A stretch of DNA of 64,000 nt from Deltaproteobacteria bacterium (GTDB taxonomy: Bacteria; Myxococcota; Kuafuiibacteriia; Kuafuiibacteriales; Kuafuiibacteriaceae). The stretch covers positions 64,001 to 128,000 of the forward strand of contig JAVJQW010000003.1 of assembly GCA_040218735.1 (NCBI GenBank), given 5' to 3'. Positions 18,503 to 27,743 of this stretch are shown here, in pieces. How positions within the stretch are numbered: position 1 is the stretch's first letter; every line of letters begins with the position of its first letter. Under the pieces are notes generated by a model that saw nothing but the letters and a program-made list of their open reading frames with translations, did not search any database and was not told the DNA's origin. A program made the translations under genes and the position numbers.

Positions 18503-19969
18503 GTGCGACCTCACCGTACCTCGCCGGGTTGGTGGGCCCGGTTCGTCGCGTTCGTCGCGCGCCCGTGGACGGGCGGACGCACGCGGCGGCTCGCGACGCT
18601 GCGCATGCGCGCGGAGGCGGCGGGCGAGGACGCGCGGGAGCTCGTACGCACGGCGGATGCGTTCCGCGAGGAAGAGGAGCTGGAGCTCGCGGCGCGCACG
18701 TTCTGGCGCGCCGTGCATGTGCACCGGCGCCGAGACGAGCACACCAAGGCGCTCGCCGTGTTGAAGCGCGTCGTCGCGCTGTCCCCGAACGAACCTTCGG
18801 CGCGCACGGCGATCGGTGAGTGCCTCGAACGCCTGGAGCGACGAGCCGAAGCCGCCGATCACTTCCGCCACGCCGCGCGCCTCGCCGCCCACGCACAGCG
18901 ACCGAACGCCGCAAAGCAGCTCGACGCGCGCGCCGATCGCCTCTGTCCGCGCGGCCCCCGCAAGCTCCCCCGCGGCGCGTCCGTCCTCGCGGAGGACCTC
19001 CGGCTCCCGAGCGCGGCGCAACCCAGCCTGCGCAACGAACCCGCGCCGCAACCCAGCCTGCGCGACGACCGCGCCCCCGCGGCGCAACCCGGATCGCGTG
19101 CCCCCGCGGCGCAACCCAGCCTGCGCGACGACCGCGCCCCCGCGGCGCAACCCGGCTCGCGTGCCCCCGCGGTGCAACCCAGCCTGCGCGACAATCGCGA
19201 CGGCCGCGCCCCCGTGGCGCAACCCAGCTCGCGTGCCCCCGCGCTGCAACCCAGCCTGCGCGACAATCGCGACGGCCGCGCCCCCGCGGCGCAACCCAGC
19301 TCGCGTGAACCCGCGGCGCAACCCAGCCTGCGCGACGACCGCAACCACCGCGCATCCGCGGCGCAACCCAACCTGCGCGACGACCACGACCAACGCGCCG
19401 CCGCGGCGCAGCCCGGTCGCGACGGCCGCGACGGCCGCGACGCCCCGCTGCGGAGCGCGCCGGAGGCTCCGCCGTCGCCCCGAGCCCCGGTCGTGCGTAC
19501 GTCCGATATCATCGCGCCCGGGACGCCGCCGCCCGCGCCGAGGCGTGTCGTCGCCGCGACGCATGACGCCAACGCGCCCGAGCTCCCGGAGGTCTCGCGG
19601 TGGCCGTCGGTACCCCGCCCGCGGGCTGCGACGCCGCGTCTGGAGTACACCGCGCCCGAACCCGATCCGGTGGTCGCGCGACCACGGCGGCGCGCGGAGG
19701 CGCTCTTCCGGTCCGAAGAGACCGCGCCCGTCCACGGCACCGGGACCGAGCTCGCGCTCGACGCCGAGGCGCTGCTCCTCGACGACGATCCCGCGGAAGC
19801 CGCCACCGCCAAGGCGGCGCCGCGATCTCCGCTCGACGCCGTCCAGGCGCCGGTGGTGTTCGACGCCCCGACGACGAACTACGCGCCGATGATGCTCGAG
19901 GACCTGCTGCAGTCGGAGGAGGAGACGGTCACGACCGCTCCGATCGACCCGCTGCGCTGCGCGTCGTAG
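18503..19969 (+). CDS. TPR-containing protein with long QP-repeat disordered region
   Basis: N-terminal helical TPR-like segment (ALAVLKRVVALSPNEPSARTAIGECLERL), then QPSLRDD/QPGSR repeats and an acidic tail. Confidence 0.65.
   Translation: MRPHRTSPGWWARFVAFVARPWTGGRTRRLATLRMRAEAAGEDARELVRTADAFREEEELELAARTFWRAVHVHRRRDEHTKALAVLKRVVALSPNEPSARTAIGECLERLERRAEAADHFRHAARLAAHAQRPNAAKQLDARADRLCPRGPRKLPRGASVLAEDLRLPSAAQPSLRNEPAPQPSLRDDRAPAAQPGSRAPAAQPSLRDDRAPAAQPGSRAPAVQPSLRDNRDGRAPVAQPSSRAPALQPSLRDNRDGRAPAAQPSSREPAAQPSLRDDRNHRASAAQPNLRDDHDQRAAAAQPGRDGRDGRDAPLRSAPEAPPSPRAPVVRTSDIIAPGTPPPAPRRVVAATHDANAPELPEVSRWPSVPRPRAATPRLEYTAPEPDPVVARPRRRAEALFRSEETAPVHGTGTELALDAEALLLDDDPAEAATAKAAPRSPLDAVQAPVVFDAPTTNYAPMMLEDLLQSEEETVTTAPIDPLRCAS
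19018..19445 (+). repeat. Intragenic mosaic tandem repeat (12 units beginning gcaaccc/gcagccc; 27-45 bp)
   Basis: Unit lengths 30,36,27,36,27,45,27,45,27,45,45 bp, all multiples of 3. Confidence 0.9.
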
Positions 19970-19973
19970 ACGG

Positions 19974-21740
19974 TCAGTCGTAGCGGAAGGCGTCGGCGAG
20001 GAAGGCCATCGGCGCGATATCGCGAGGCCCGAGGCGGCGATGCCTCCGGAGCGCGCGACGCGCCGCCGACGCGAGTTTGTCCTTGGCCTCGGGGTCCTCC
20101 GCGACGGTGCGTAGACACGAGCGCGCGCGTGGGTGTTCACCGCGGTCGGCGAGGAGACGTCCGAGCACGTACGTCGCGACGAGGCGCCGTCGGGTGTCGC
20201 GACGCTGGTCGCGGGCCGCCTCGAGCGCCGACTCCGCGAGTTCGCGGCGATCCGCGCGCACGGCGACGATCCCGAGGACGAGCGCGATGGATGGGTCGTC
20301 GTCGAGCTCACGCGCGCGGAGGAGCGCTTCGATCGCGCGCGTCGTGTCGTCGTCATAGTCGATCGCGGTCTTGGCCTCGATGAACGCGAGCTCGGCCTCC
20401 GAGGTACACGATCCGGGCGCGACGACGCCGAGATCTTCGAAGGCATCGGCGTCGAAGGCGTCGACGGTGGGCAGCGCGACGTAGTCGCTCGTGGAGACCG
20501 GTGCACGTCCGTTCGCGACGTAGACGCGCTTCTGCTCCGGCCTCCACACCGAGCTGGAGACGGTGATGGACGCGGCGATCGTGTTGGGTGCGATGCGCCG
20601 CTCGCCAGAGTACGGGTCGACCTTGTCGCCGAGGATCCGCATCGCGCCAAGCTCGTCGATCGGGCCGCCATCGAGGAGCGACTGCACGCGTATCATTCGC
20701 GCGCGGGTGTCTTCGTCTACGCTCGCATTCACCGCCAGGTTGCACGCGCGCATCCTCGGCGTTCGCCAATGATTGGTGGTGACGTGCGTGTCGCCGACAG
20801 CGTCGAGGCGCGCCATACCGTTGGAGGACAGCTCGAACGTCGCGACCCGGCGCTCGGTCGTGCTCACCACGTGATAGCTCCAACCGGCGGCGGGCTTGGA
20901 GTCGGCGAGGATCGACTCCGCCTCGTCGAAGGTACGCGCGGTGCGGAGGATGTGCTGCCCGACGAGGAACACCGGGAGTCGCGCGCTCGCGACGCGCTCG
21001 GTCGGGACGGTGTGAATCGCGAGATAGAGCCCCGACGCGTTGAAGCCACACACGCCTCCGTTGTGAAAGCCCGCGGACGTCACGGTCATGAAGCGCTGAC
21101 CGCCGTCGGTCGGCGTCTGGTAGACGACGGTCGGGTGACGATCGAAGAATCCATTGAGTGGATAGTCGGTGTTGCGCCCGATGATCATGTCGCCGCCCGA
21201 CGTCGCATCCCCCCACGCCGCAAACGACGTGCATTGCGACGGCGCAGCCCCCACTGCGAGCCGCGAGAAGCGACCGAGGAGCACCTGCGCCGTCTCGGGT
21301 GCGAGCGCGGCGTCCACGATCGTCTGCACGTCGATCCCCGTGGCGTCCGCCAGCCCGTGGGCCTCCGCGAGCGCTTCCTGATCCGGGCGCAGCCGCCGCG
21401 CGTGCCGAACGCCGGTGCGCAGGATCCGTCGCGCGATGCGCTTCATCGCGTACCACTTCACGGCCGCCCCGAGCGGGCCGTTGCCGACGCTCACCTCGAT
21501 GGCGTCGGTGGCGATCCGGCTCGCGCGCTCGAGTGATCCGTCGGCGATCTCCTCCGCGAGGAGGCGCCCGTGCTGATACGCCATCGCGTAGCGATCGCCG
21601 GTGAGGTGGAGGATCCACAGGCCGTGGTGATGCTTCGCCCACGCGGGACCGAAGCGCCGCGTGCCGTCGGCGTCGACGGTGCGCTCCGTGTCGGTGAACG
21701 CGGGGGCGGGGGCGCGGCGGGCGAAGAGGAACGGGAGCAT
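19974..21740 (-). CDS. C45 family autoproteolytic Ntn hydrolase/acyltransferase with C-terminal TPR
   Basis: YQHGRLL, CTSFAAWG (catalytic Cys), IGRNTD, GFNASGL and TNH motifs; helical C-terminus. Confidence 0.85.
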   Translation of the reverse strand: MLPFLFARRAPAPAFTDTERTVDADGTRRFGPAWAKHHHGLWILHLTGDRYAMAYQHGRLLAEEIADGSLERASRIATDAIEVSVGNGPLGAAVKWYAMKRIARRILRTGVRHARRLRPDQEALAEAHGLADATGIDVQTIVDAALAPETAQVLLGRFSRLAVGAAPSQCTSFAAWGDATSGGDMIIGRNTDYPLNGFFDRHPTVVYQTPTDGGQRFMTVTSAGFHNGGVCGFNASGLYLAIHTVPTERVASARLPVFLVGQHILRTARTFDEAESILADSKPAAGWSYHVVSTTERRVATFELSSNGMARLDAVGDTHVTTNHWRTPRMRACNLAVNASVDEDTRARMIRVQSLLDGGPIDELGAMRILGDKVDPYSGERRIAPNTIAASITVSSSVWRPEQKRVYVANGRAPVSTSDYVALPTVDAFDADAFEDLGVVAPGSCTSEAELAFIEAKTAIDYDDDTTRAIEALLRARELDDDPSIALVLGIVAVRADRRELAESALEAARDQRRDTRRRLVATYVLGRLLADRGEHPRARSCLRTVAEDPEAKDKLASAARRALRRHRRLGPRDIAPMAFLADAFRYD

Positions 21741-21856
21741 CGCGTTCGAGCGAAGCGGCCCGGGGCACGCGCGGTCAAAGGGTGGACGTCCGCGACCCGA
21801 CGGACTCGGGGTTCAAAGGCCGCACGGGGACCGAGACCCGAACGCCACGCCGGCAC

Positions 21857-22025
21857 GAGGTCGCCGGAGGCGCCGCCGAGCGACGACGACCCGACGCGTC
21901 GGGACGAGGTCGCCGAAGGCGCCGCCGAGCGACGACGACCCGACGCGTCGCTGCGAGGTCACCGGAGGCGCCGCCGAGCGACGACGGCCCGACGCGTCGC
22001 TGCGAGGTCAGCGGAGGCTCCGCCC
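21857..22025. repeat. Intergenic 49-bp tandem repeat, ~3.4 copies
   Basis: Units start at 21857, 21906, 21955 and 22004 (gaggtcgccggaggcgccgccgagcgacgacgacccgacgcgtcg...). Confidence 0.92.
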
Positions 22026-22082
22026 GTGCGCCGACGTCGGCGCGAGGCTCCGATTCGCTTCGAGGCGCGCGGGCGCCCGGCC

Positions 22083-24071
22083 TCAGAGCCGGAACGCGCG
22101 CACTACGATCACCGCCGCCTGCGCGCGCGTGAGCGCGTCGGCCGGGCAGTACCGCCCCGTCGCGCAGCCGCGCACGTCGTTGCGCGCCGCGAGGCGCTCG
22201 ATCGCCTTGGATGCCCAGTGCGACAGCGGCACGTCGCTGAACGTCGGCGACGACGGCACGCGATCCGCCAACCCCAACGCCCGCCGCACGAACACCGCGC
22301 CGGCGGCGCGCGACACGCCGTCCTCGGGGCAGAAACGTCCGCTCGCGCACCCCTGCATGACCCCTCGCGAGGCGACCTCTTCGACCTCCGCGAAGCCCCA
22401 GTGCCCACGCCCCACATCGTTGAACGACGCGGACGACGGCGCGCTGAAGCTCATCCCGTCCACGCGAGCGATCGCGTACGCGAGCTCCGCCCGCGTGATG
22501 GGTTGGTTCGGGCAGAACTGTCCGGGCGCGCACCCCCACAGCGCGCCGAGCGCACGCAGCTTCTCGGCCGCGCCGTGCCCGAAGGTCCCGGCCGGGAGGT
22601 CGCTGTAGGAACCGGCCGGCGGCGCGGCGCACTGGTCGGGCGTACCCTGCGGCATCGACTGACAGCCGTTCGCGCAGCGGGTGCGGCTCCGTTCGTTGTT
22701 GTTCGCGCAGACCACGAGGTCGTTGCCGTCGCACCAGGTGCCGGCGTGGGTGTCGCAGAACGACGGCGCCGGCGCGCAACGGTCCGGGGTGCCCTGCGGC
22801 ATCGACTGGCACCCGTGGGTGCAGCGCGTGCGGCTCACCGTCGCGCCCGCGTTGCAGACGACGCGGTCGTTGCCGTCGCACCACGTCCCGGTCTTGCCCG
22901 CGCAGAACGACGGCGGCGCGTGGCAACGATCGGGCGTTCCGCTCGGCATCGATCGACACCCGTGCGCGCAGCGGTTCCGGCTGACCTGGGAGCCGTTGCG
23001 GCAGACGACGAGGTCGTTGCCATCGCACCACGTCCCGCCGTGCGTCGCGCAGAACCCACCGCCGCCGCCGGGGTTCGAGCCACGCGCTATCGCGATGAGG
23101 TCGGAGAGGCGAGCGTACAGCGCACCGCCCGGGCAGGCGGTGCTGCCGAGCTGTCGGTGCCCCTTCACGTACGTGCGGTTGAGCGTAATGCCGTACTCCC
23201 GCGAGAGCGACTTCAGGATGCGACCACCCGCCGCGAACATCGCGTTGCTCGGCGCGCGCGACGTGAACGTTCCGATGTAGCTCACGCCCGCGTTGTTCGT
23301 GTTGTGCCCACCGACGTGCGCACCGATGAGGCGCTCCGGTCGCCCCTGATAGACGCGGCCGTCCTGTCCGACGAGGAAGTGGTACCCCACGTCGCACCAG
23401 CCTCGAGAGTTCATGTGGAACGACTGGATCTGCCGGACGCGCGCGGCCTGCGACATGCTGTCGTTGTTCGGCGTGACGGTGTGGTGGACGGTGATGCGGT
23501 TGGGGCGGTGGCCACCGCTGCAGCGCGACGCGCGCGCGCCCCACGCTGAGCGCGACACCGCAACCCCGGTTGACGCGAGCCCGCTCGCGGACGTCCCGAT
23601 CTCTTCGACTTCCTCGACCGGCTGCGGATCGAAGTGGAACGCTTCCACCGCGAGGAACGACAGGTCGAGGACCTCGGAGGTCGAGAAGCGGAGCTGCACG
23701 TGGGTGCCGCCCTCGCGGACGTCGACGTGCGCGTTCTTCGCGCGCTCCTCTGAGAACGTGATCTCGGCGTCGAGCCACGCGCCGAACGTCTCCCCGCCGT
23801 CGTTCGAGACGCGCGCCTGGGCGAGCACGGCGCCGGTCGCGTCGAAACGGAACGCAATGCGATCGAACTCGACGTCGAGCGGGATGGCGTCGGTGCGTTG
23901 CCAGCCGTCTTCGACGACGAGGCGGCTCGCGAGCTCTTCGTCCTGGGCGACGAACGCCACCTCCGGCTCGTCGATCGCCTCGGCCGGGTGCAGAAGGTCG
24001 GCGTCGGCGCAGGCCACGACGAGTGTCGAAAGCGCGGCGAGGTGGAACGGACGGAGGCGTACGGCGGACAT
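22083..24071 (-). CDS. N-acetylmuramoyl-L-alanine amidase (Amidase_2/PGRP type) lipoprotein with three Cys-rich repeats and three SLH domains
   Basis: VVAC lipobox; ITVHHT, GWCDVGYHFLV, IGAHV and GHRQLGSTACPG; 3x WCDGND..VC repeats; SLH motifs FCPNQPITRAE, FCPEDGVSRAA and YCPADALTRAQ. Confidence 0.9.
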   Translation of the reverse strand: MSAVRLRPFHLAALSTLVVACADADLLHPAEAIDEPEVAFVAQDEELASRLVVEDGWQRTDAIPLDVEFDRIAFRFDATGAVLAQARVSNDGGETFGAWLDAEITFSEERAKNAHVDVREGGTHVQLRFSTSEVLDLSFLAVEAFHFDPQPVEEVEEIGTSASGLASTGVAVSRSAWGARASRCSGGHRPNRITVHHTVTPNNDSMSQAARVRQIQSFHMNSRGWCDVGYHFLVGQDGRVYQGRPERLIGAHVGGHNTNNAGVSYIGTFTSRAPSNAMFAAGGRILKSLSREYGITLNRTYVKGHRQLGSTACPGGALYARLSDLIAIARGSNPGGGGGFCATHGGTWCDGNDLVVCRNGSQVSRNRCAHGCRSMPSGTPDRCHAPPSFCAGKTGTWCDGNDRVVCNAGATVSRTRCTHGCQSMPQGTPDRCAPAPSFCDTHAGTWCDGNDLVVCANNNERSRTRCANGCQSMPQGTPDQCAAPPAGSYSDLPAGTFGHGAAEKLRALGALWGCAPGQFCPNQPITRAELAYAIARVDGMSFSAPSSASFNDVGRGHWGFAEVEEVASRGVMQGCASGRFCPEDGVSRAAGAVFVRRALGLADRVPSSPTFSDVPLSHWASKAIERLAARNDVRGCATGRYCPADALTRAQAAVIVVRAFRL

Positions 24072-24216
24072 GGATCTCGAAATACGTCCGGACCCGCGGT
24101 ACACGCAATCGCACAAGGCGAGTCATTTCACAGACTTGTGGCTATCGGGTTACAGGTGTGGATCGCGGGGTTACGGGTTGGGTGACGGACCTGCGCCACT
24201 TCGTACACTAAGAGAC

Positions 24217-25023
24217 GTGCGTTACCCGGTCGTCTTCACGTCATCGCTGCTCGTCGCCGGGTGCGTCGCGGGTACGGAGTCGCTCGAATGTACGACCGAC
24301 TTCGAGTGCGGACCGAACCGGCTCTGCGTCGAGCGAACATGCTCGGAGCCTCAGGACGGCGGCGTTTCCGCACCGACCGACGCGGGGACGAACGTTCCCA
24401 ACGACGCGGGCCCGAACGTCCCCGATGACGGCGGGACGATCACACCACCCGACGCGAGCGTCCCGCCCTACGACGGCGGGACCCCGGGGCCCTTTCCGTT
24501 CCCGCAGCCACCGCCGCACCCGGAGTGCACGATGGAGGGCCCGGTGCCGTGTACGTGTGAGGACGGGGACGACGGAACACAGCAATGCCGAAGTGACGGG
24601 ACCTTCGGCCGCTGCATCTGCGACGACGGCGAACGCTCGCGACTCGAACGCTTGCGCGGCGGCATCGTGGGCCTCTGGGGAGGGACGCGCACGTCGGTCT
24701 GGGATCAGACGAAGCCGGTGTACGTGCTGTTCCTCGAAGACGGAACCTACGGCGCGCAGTGCAACGACGCTTGCACCGCGTTCTACTGGGGCACGGATGG
24801 CCCGCCGACGCCGGCGCGCTACTACTACCTCTACGACGTCACGGCCGACGACACCGGGCGCGGCGACCTCGACCTCGTGTGGCGCAACGACGATCCGCGC
24901 GGGCAGCGCTACGCGTTGGAGCGCATCGAGCTGTCCGAGGACGAGGAGAGCCTGCGGTTCGAGTTCCGGCGGCCGGACAACAACAACCCGCTGCACTTCG
25001 ACCTGCGCCGCGTCCCCCGCTGA
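24217..25023 (+). CDS. Hypothetical Cys-rich lipoprotein
   Basis: GTG 24217 gives VRYPVVFTSSLLVAGC; DAG/DGG linker and Cys clusters. Confidence 0.7.
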   Translation: MRYPVVFTSSLLVAGCVAGTESLECTTDFECGPNRLCVERTCSEPQDGGVSAPTDAGTNVPNDAGPNVPDDGGTITPPDASVPPYDGGTPGPFPFPQPPPHPECTMEGPVPCTCEDGDDGTQQCRSDGTFGRCICDDGERSRLERLRGGIVGLWGGTRTSVWDQTKPVYVLFLEDGTYGAQCNDACTAFYWGTDGPPTPARYYYLYDVTADDTGRGDLDLVWRNDDPRGQRYALERIELSEDEESLRFEFRRPDNNNPLHFDLRRVPR

Positions 25024-25091
25024 CCTGCACGCGGGCGCTGCGACCGCGATCACGCTTTGCATCGAGGGGCCGTCGCCGGGTCTGGATCCGC

Positions 25092-26270
25092 ATGCTCCCC
25101 CGCACGTTCGCCGTCCTCCCAGTGTTCGCTTTGGCGGCGTGCGGCGGGAGCGGTTGAAAGGGTGTGTCGAGCGGCTCGAAGCCGACGAAGCGGTCGACGC
25201 CCGACGCGGGCGTGACGACCGCGCACTCGGCGTCGCCGCTATCGGAGGACACGTTTGTCTTCGAGGTTCGGGTCGCCTCGGGTGCATCCGAGATCCATGC
25301 GTTCGACGTCGCGACATCGCAGCGCCGGAAGATCTTCACGGTGGCGGACACGACGACCTGGGACCTGACCGACCTGGCGTTGTCGCCGTCGCGGGACACG
25401 ATCGCGTTCAGCTCACACTTCGGCTACGACCCGATGCAGTTCCCGCTCGAGGACGGTCTGCCGACGCAGTCGATCTGGACGGTCGGCGTGGATGGCGCTT
25501 CACCTCGTCAGCTGATGGCGCCGCTCGCCGACGACCGCGGCGCGATCGAGTGCACGCACGACTCGACGTGTGAACCGTTGGGGATGAAGTGCTCCACGGT
25601 GTTGTCGCGCTGCCGTGACTTCGCGCGGACGCGGACGGTGTCGGAGCTCGTGTGGTCGCCGAACGGGGCGGAGGTCTGGTTCGTCTACGCCGACCACGAC
25701 TGGCAGGGGACGCAGCTTCGCGGCGGCACGACGCTCGGCCGCGTCGCGGCGACGGGCGGCGCGCCGGAGCTGTTCGCGGCGAACGGCGGCTGCGCCCAGG
25801 TCACGGGTCCGGCGCCCCACCCCGTCGACGGATCGCTCGTCGCGGTGCAGAGCGTGTGCACGCGGGGTGGCGCGCGCATGGTGCGGTTCGACTCGATGCC
25901 GCCGCGTGAGGGGACGGAGCTGTTCAGCGAAGCCGACGTGGAGTTCTCGCTCGACCTCTCCGACGTCGAGTGGGCGCGCGACGGCAGCGGCTTCATCTTC
26001 GGCGCGTGGGGCGGCGCGTTTGCGTCCGACGCCATCGTCTACCTCGAAGCGGCCACGGGGACGCTGTATCTCGCATTCGAGGCCGGCGTGGGCCGGTGGA
26101 TCGAGAGCCAGGACCTCGCGCCCGATTCGAAGCGCATGGTCGTATGCGTGGGCGAGACGGGCGCCGACGGCGAGGCGCGGCGGGACCTGTACCTCGTCGA
26201 CCTCACGGCGACGACGCCAAGCGCGACGCGGCTGACGACGGACGGGATCAGCTGCAACGCGAGCTGGTGA
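25092..26270 (+). pseudogene. TolB-like beta-propeller lipoprotein interrupted by an in-frame TGA at 25155-25157 (pseudogene, recoding or sequence error)
   Basis: ATG 25092 gives MLPRTFAVLPVFALAACGGSG*KGVSSG..., and the same frame continues to 26270 with LSPSRD, WSPNG, WARDG and LAPDS propeller motifs. Confidence 0.7.
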
Positions 26271-26294
26271 GGTATCCCACAGGCTGCCTGGCCT

Positions 26295-26603
26295 CTAGGT
26301 CCCGCTCGCACAGCTCCACTTTGGATACGAGTCAGACTTGTGGCGGTTGTTCCTCCAGTGGAGCGGCTGGAGATTACTGAGATCGTCGCTACCCCCCGCC
26401 GACACTGGAACGATGTGGTCGACCTCCCATCCGAACTCCCCGGTCGTTCCGTAGCTCCCATACTTCATGGGGGCTCCACAGACATCCTGACGCCACACGT
26501 TCGCATCATATCCGGGTATCGGACGCCCCTTCGACCAGACGAGGTCCACGGTGTGATGTGAGAACCCGAATCCGATCAACGTACTTCCAAAACTTCGAGT
26601 CAT
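26295..26603 (-). CDS. Small stand-alone HNH endonuclease
   Basis: GGAGGA RBS and ATG 26603; GWEVDHIVPVSAGGSDDLSNLQPLHWRNNRHKSD is an HNH motif. Confidence 0.9.
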   Translation of the reverse strand: MTRSFGSTLIGFGFSHHTVDLVWSKGRPIPGYDANVWRQDVCGAPMKYGSYGTTGEFGWEVDHIVPVSAGGSDDLSNLQPLHWRNNRHKSDSYPKWSCASGT

Positions 26604-26631
26604 AGATTCCTCCAACGCGCGGTGCGCGACT

Positions 26632-26648
26632 ACCTCTATCTTAGAGGT
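26632..26648. promoter_or_regulatory. Inverted repeat ACCTCTA-N3-TAGAGGT overlapping a -10-like TAAGAT of the HNH gene
   Basis: Perfect 7-bp arms about 30 bp upstream of the HNH start; the minus strand reads ctcTAAGATagagg. Confidence 0.5.
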
Positions 26649-26768
26649 CGCGTGCCGCAGGACCAGCGTTTCGATTGTCGATGATCGACCTGGGATCGCG
26701 TGATCGCCCTACGACCGTTGGTTCTGGTTTGCGATCGCCACGAGATCGCGCGATCGTTCCTCGATCGC

Positions 26769-27743
26769 ATGGCAACCAGGAATCAGGACGGGAAGCGATC
26801 GCTACGACTACTGGCCAAGCTAATGGGAGGGGCCAGGCTGGATCGCAACTCAGCAGCCAAGGCACTGGGGACCGAGCCCCCTGCTGCGTATCAGCACCTG
26901 AAAGCGCTGGCTGCCACTGTTCCAGGAGTACGCTCTGTAAAGGGAGGAGGGACCACGACGTACTTCTTCGATTCCGGGCGACTCGTTGAGCCGCCAAGCC
27001 TTCCCGAGGTGATCGCAGCGTGTCTCGCAAGCAGCCTTTCCGGGCTGTTCCGCGATTCGCAGTACGAACATCGAATTCAGACGGTCTTCGACTTCATTGT
27101 TCGGTCGGCGCGAAGGCGACCGGGCTTCGCGAATATCCGGCGGAAGTTCTACTTTGTTGTCGGCGGAGGTGAGGTAGCGCTTGCTCAGAACGAGGGGCTT
27201 CTGGACGACGCAATCAACGCGCTGATCGCAAGCAAGTGGATTCGCATTCGATATGTTCATTTCAACGGTGATGAGGAAACGGTCGACATTCAACCTCTAA
27301 CGCTCGCGATCCATGACCACCAGTTGTACCTCGTTGGACAAAACTCCACGGCAAGGCACCCATACAGATTCGCGAGAATCCGAGACCTTGAAGAACTTGA
27401 GACGCGATTCTCCTATCCGACGGCCTCAGAGTACGATCCGACAACGTTGTTCCGCTCGAGCTTTGGGGTGTTCGTTTCCGAGGACTTTCCGAGTCAACGT
27501 GTGGTGGTACGGCTCCATCCTAGATGGGAGACCTACGCACTCAATCACCGATGGCATCCGTCCCAGGAGGTCAAGCGCGGCGACAATGGGATCACGGTAA
27601 GGCTGCAAGTCAGAGTGTGCCCCGAGGTCGAAGCATGGGTCCTAGGCTTCGGGAATGACGCGGTGGTCATTGAGCCCGAAGCGCTCCGGACGAAGATTGC
27701 CGGCCGCCTTAGGGCGGCCAGCGAAAGCTACGGTGGTGAGTGA
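26769..27743 (+). CDS. HTH-WYL(-WCX) domain transcriptional regulator
   Basis: N-terminal wHTH-like segment; IRYVH...VDIQPLTL..HDHQLYLVG...YRFARI (WYL); FGVF, WHPSQ and WVLGFGNDAVVIEPEALR (WCX). Confidence 0.9.
   Translation: MATRNQDGKRSLRLLAKLMGGARLDRNSAAKALGTEPPAAYQHLKALAATVPGVRSVKGGGTTTYFFDSGRLVEPPSLPEVIAACLASSLSGLFRDSQYEHRIQTVFDFIVRSARRRPGFANIRRKFYFVVGGGEVALAQNEGLLDDAINALIASKWIRIRYVHFNGDEETVDIQPLTLAIHDHQLYLVGQNSTARHPYRFARIRDLEELETRFSYPTASEYDPTTLFRSSFGVFVSEDFPSQRVVVRLHPRWETYALNHRWHPSQEVKRGDNGITVRLQVRVCPEVEAWVLGFGNDAVVIEPEALRTKIAGRLRAASESYGGE

Noticed and set aside
19018-19445. Possible CRISPR array (recurring gcaaccc with variable intervals)
   Set aside because: The intervals are related to one another, all are multiples of 3 and lie inside an ORF, and no cas genes are present. 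It is a coding repeat.
21857-22025. Possible CRISPR mini-array
   Set aside because: Units are near-identical along their whole length, with no unique spacers and no AT-rich leader.
24147-24186. GGGTTAC/GGGTGAC triple direct repeat in a divergent promoter region
   Set aside because: Short and irregularly spaced (21 and 12 bp); it cannot be distinguished from chance without comparative data.
26265-27740. TGGTGAG direct repeat as a proven target-site duplication of a mobile element
   Set aside because: It is only 7 bp, both copies overlap coding ends, and there is no recombinase or terminal inverted repeat. Kept only as a weak hint and not annotated as a mobile element.
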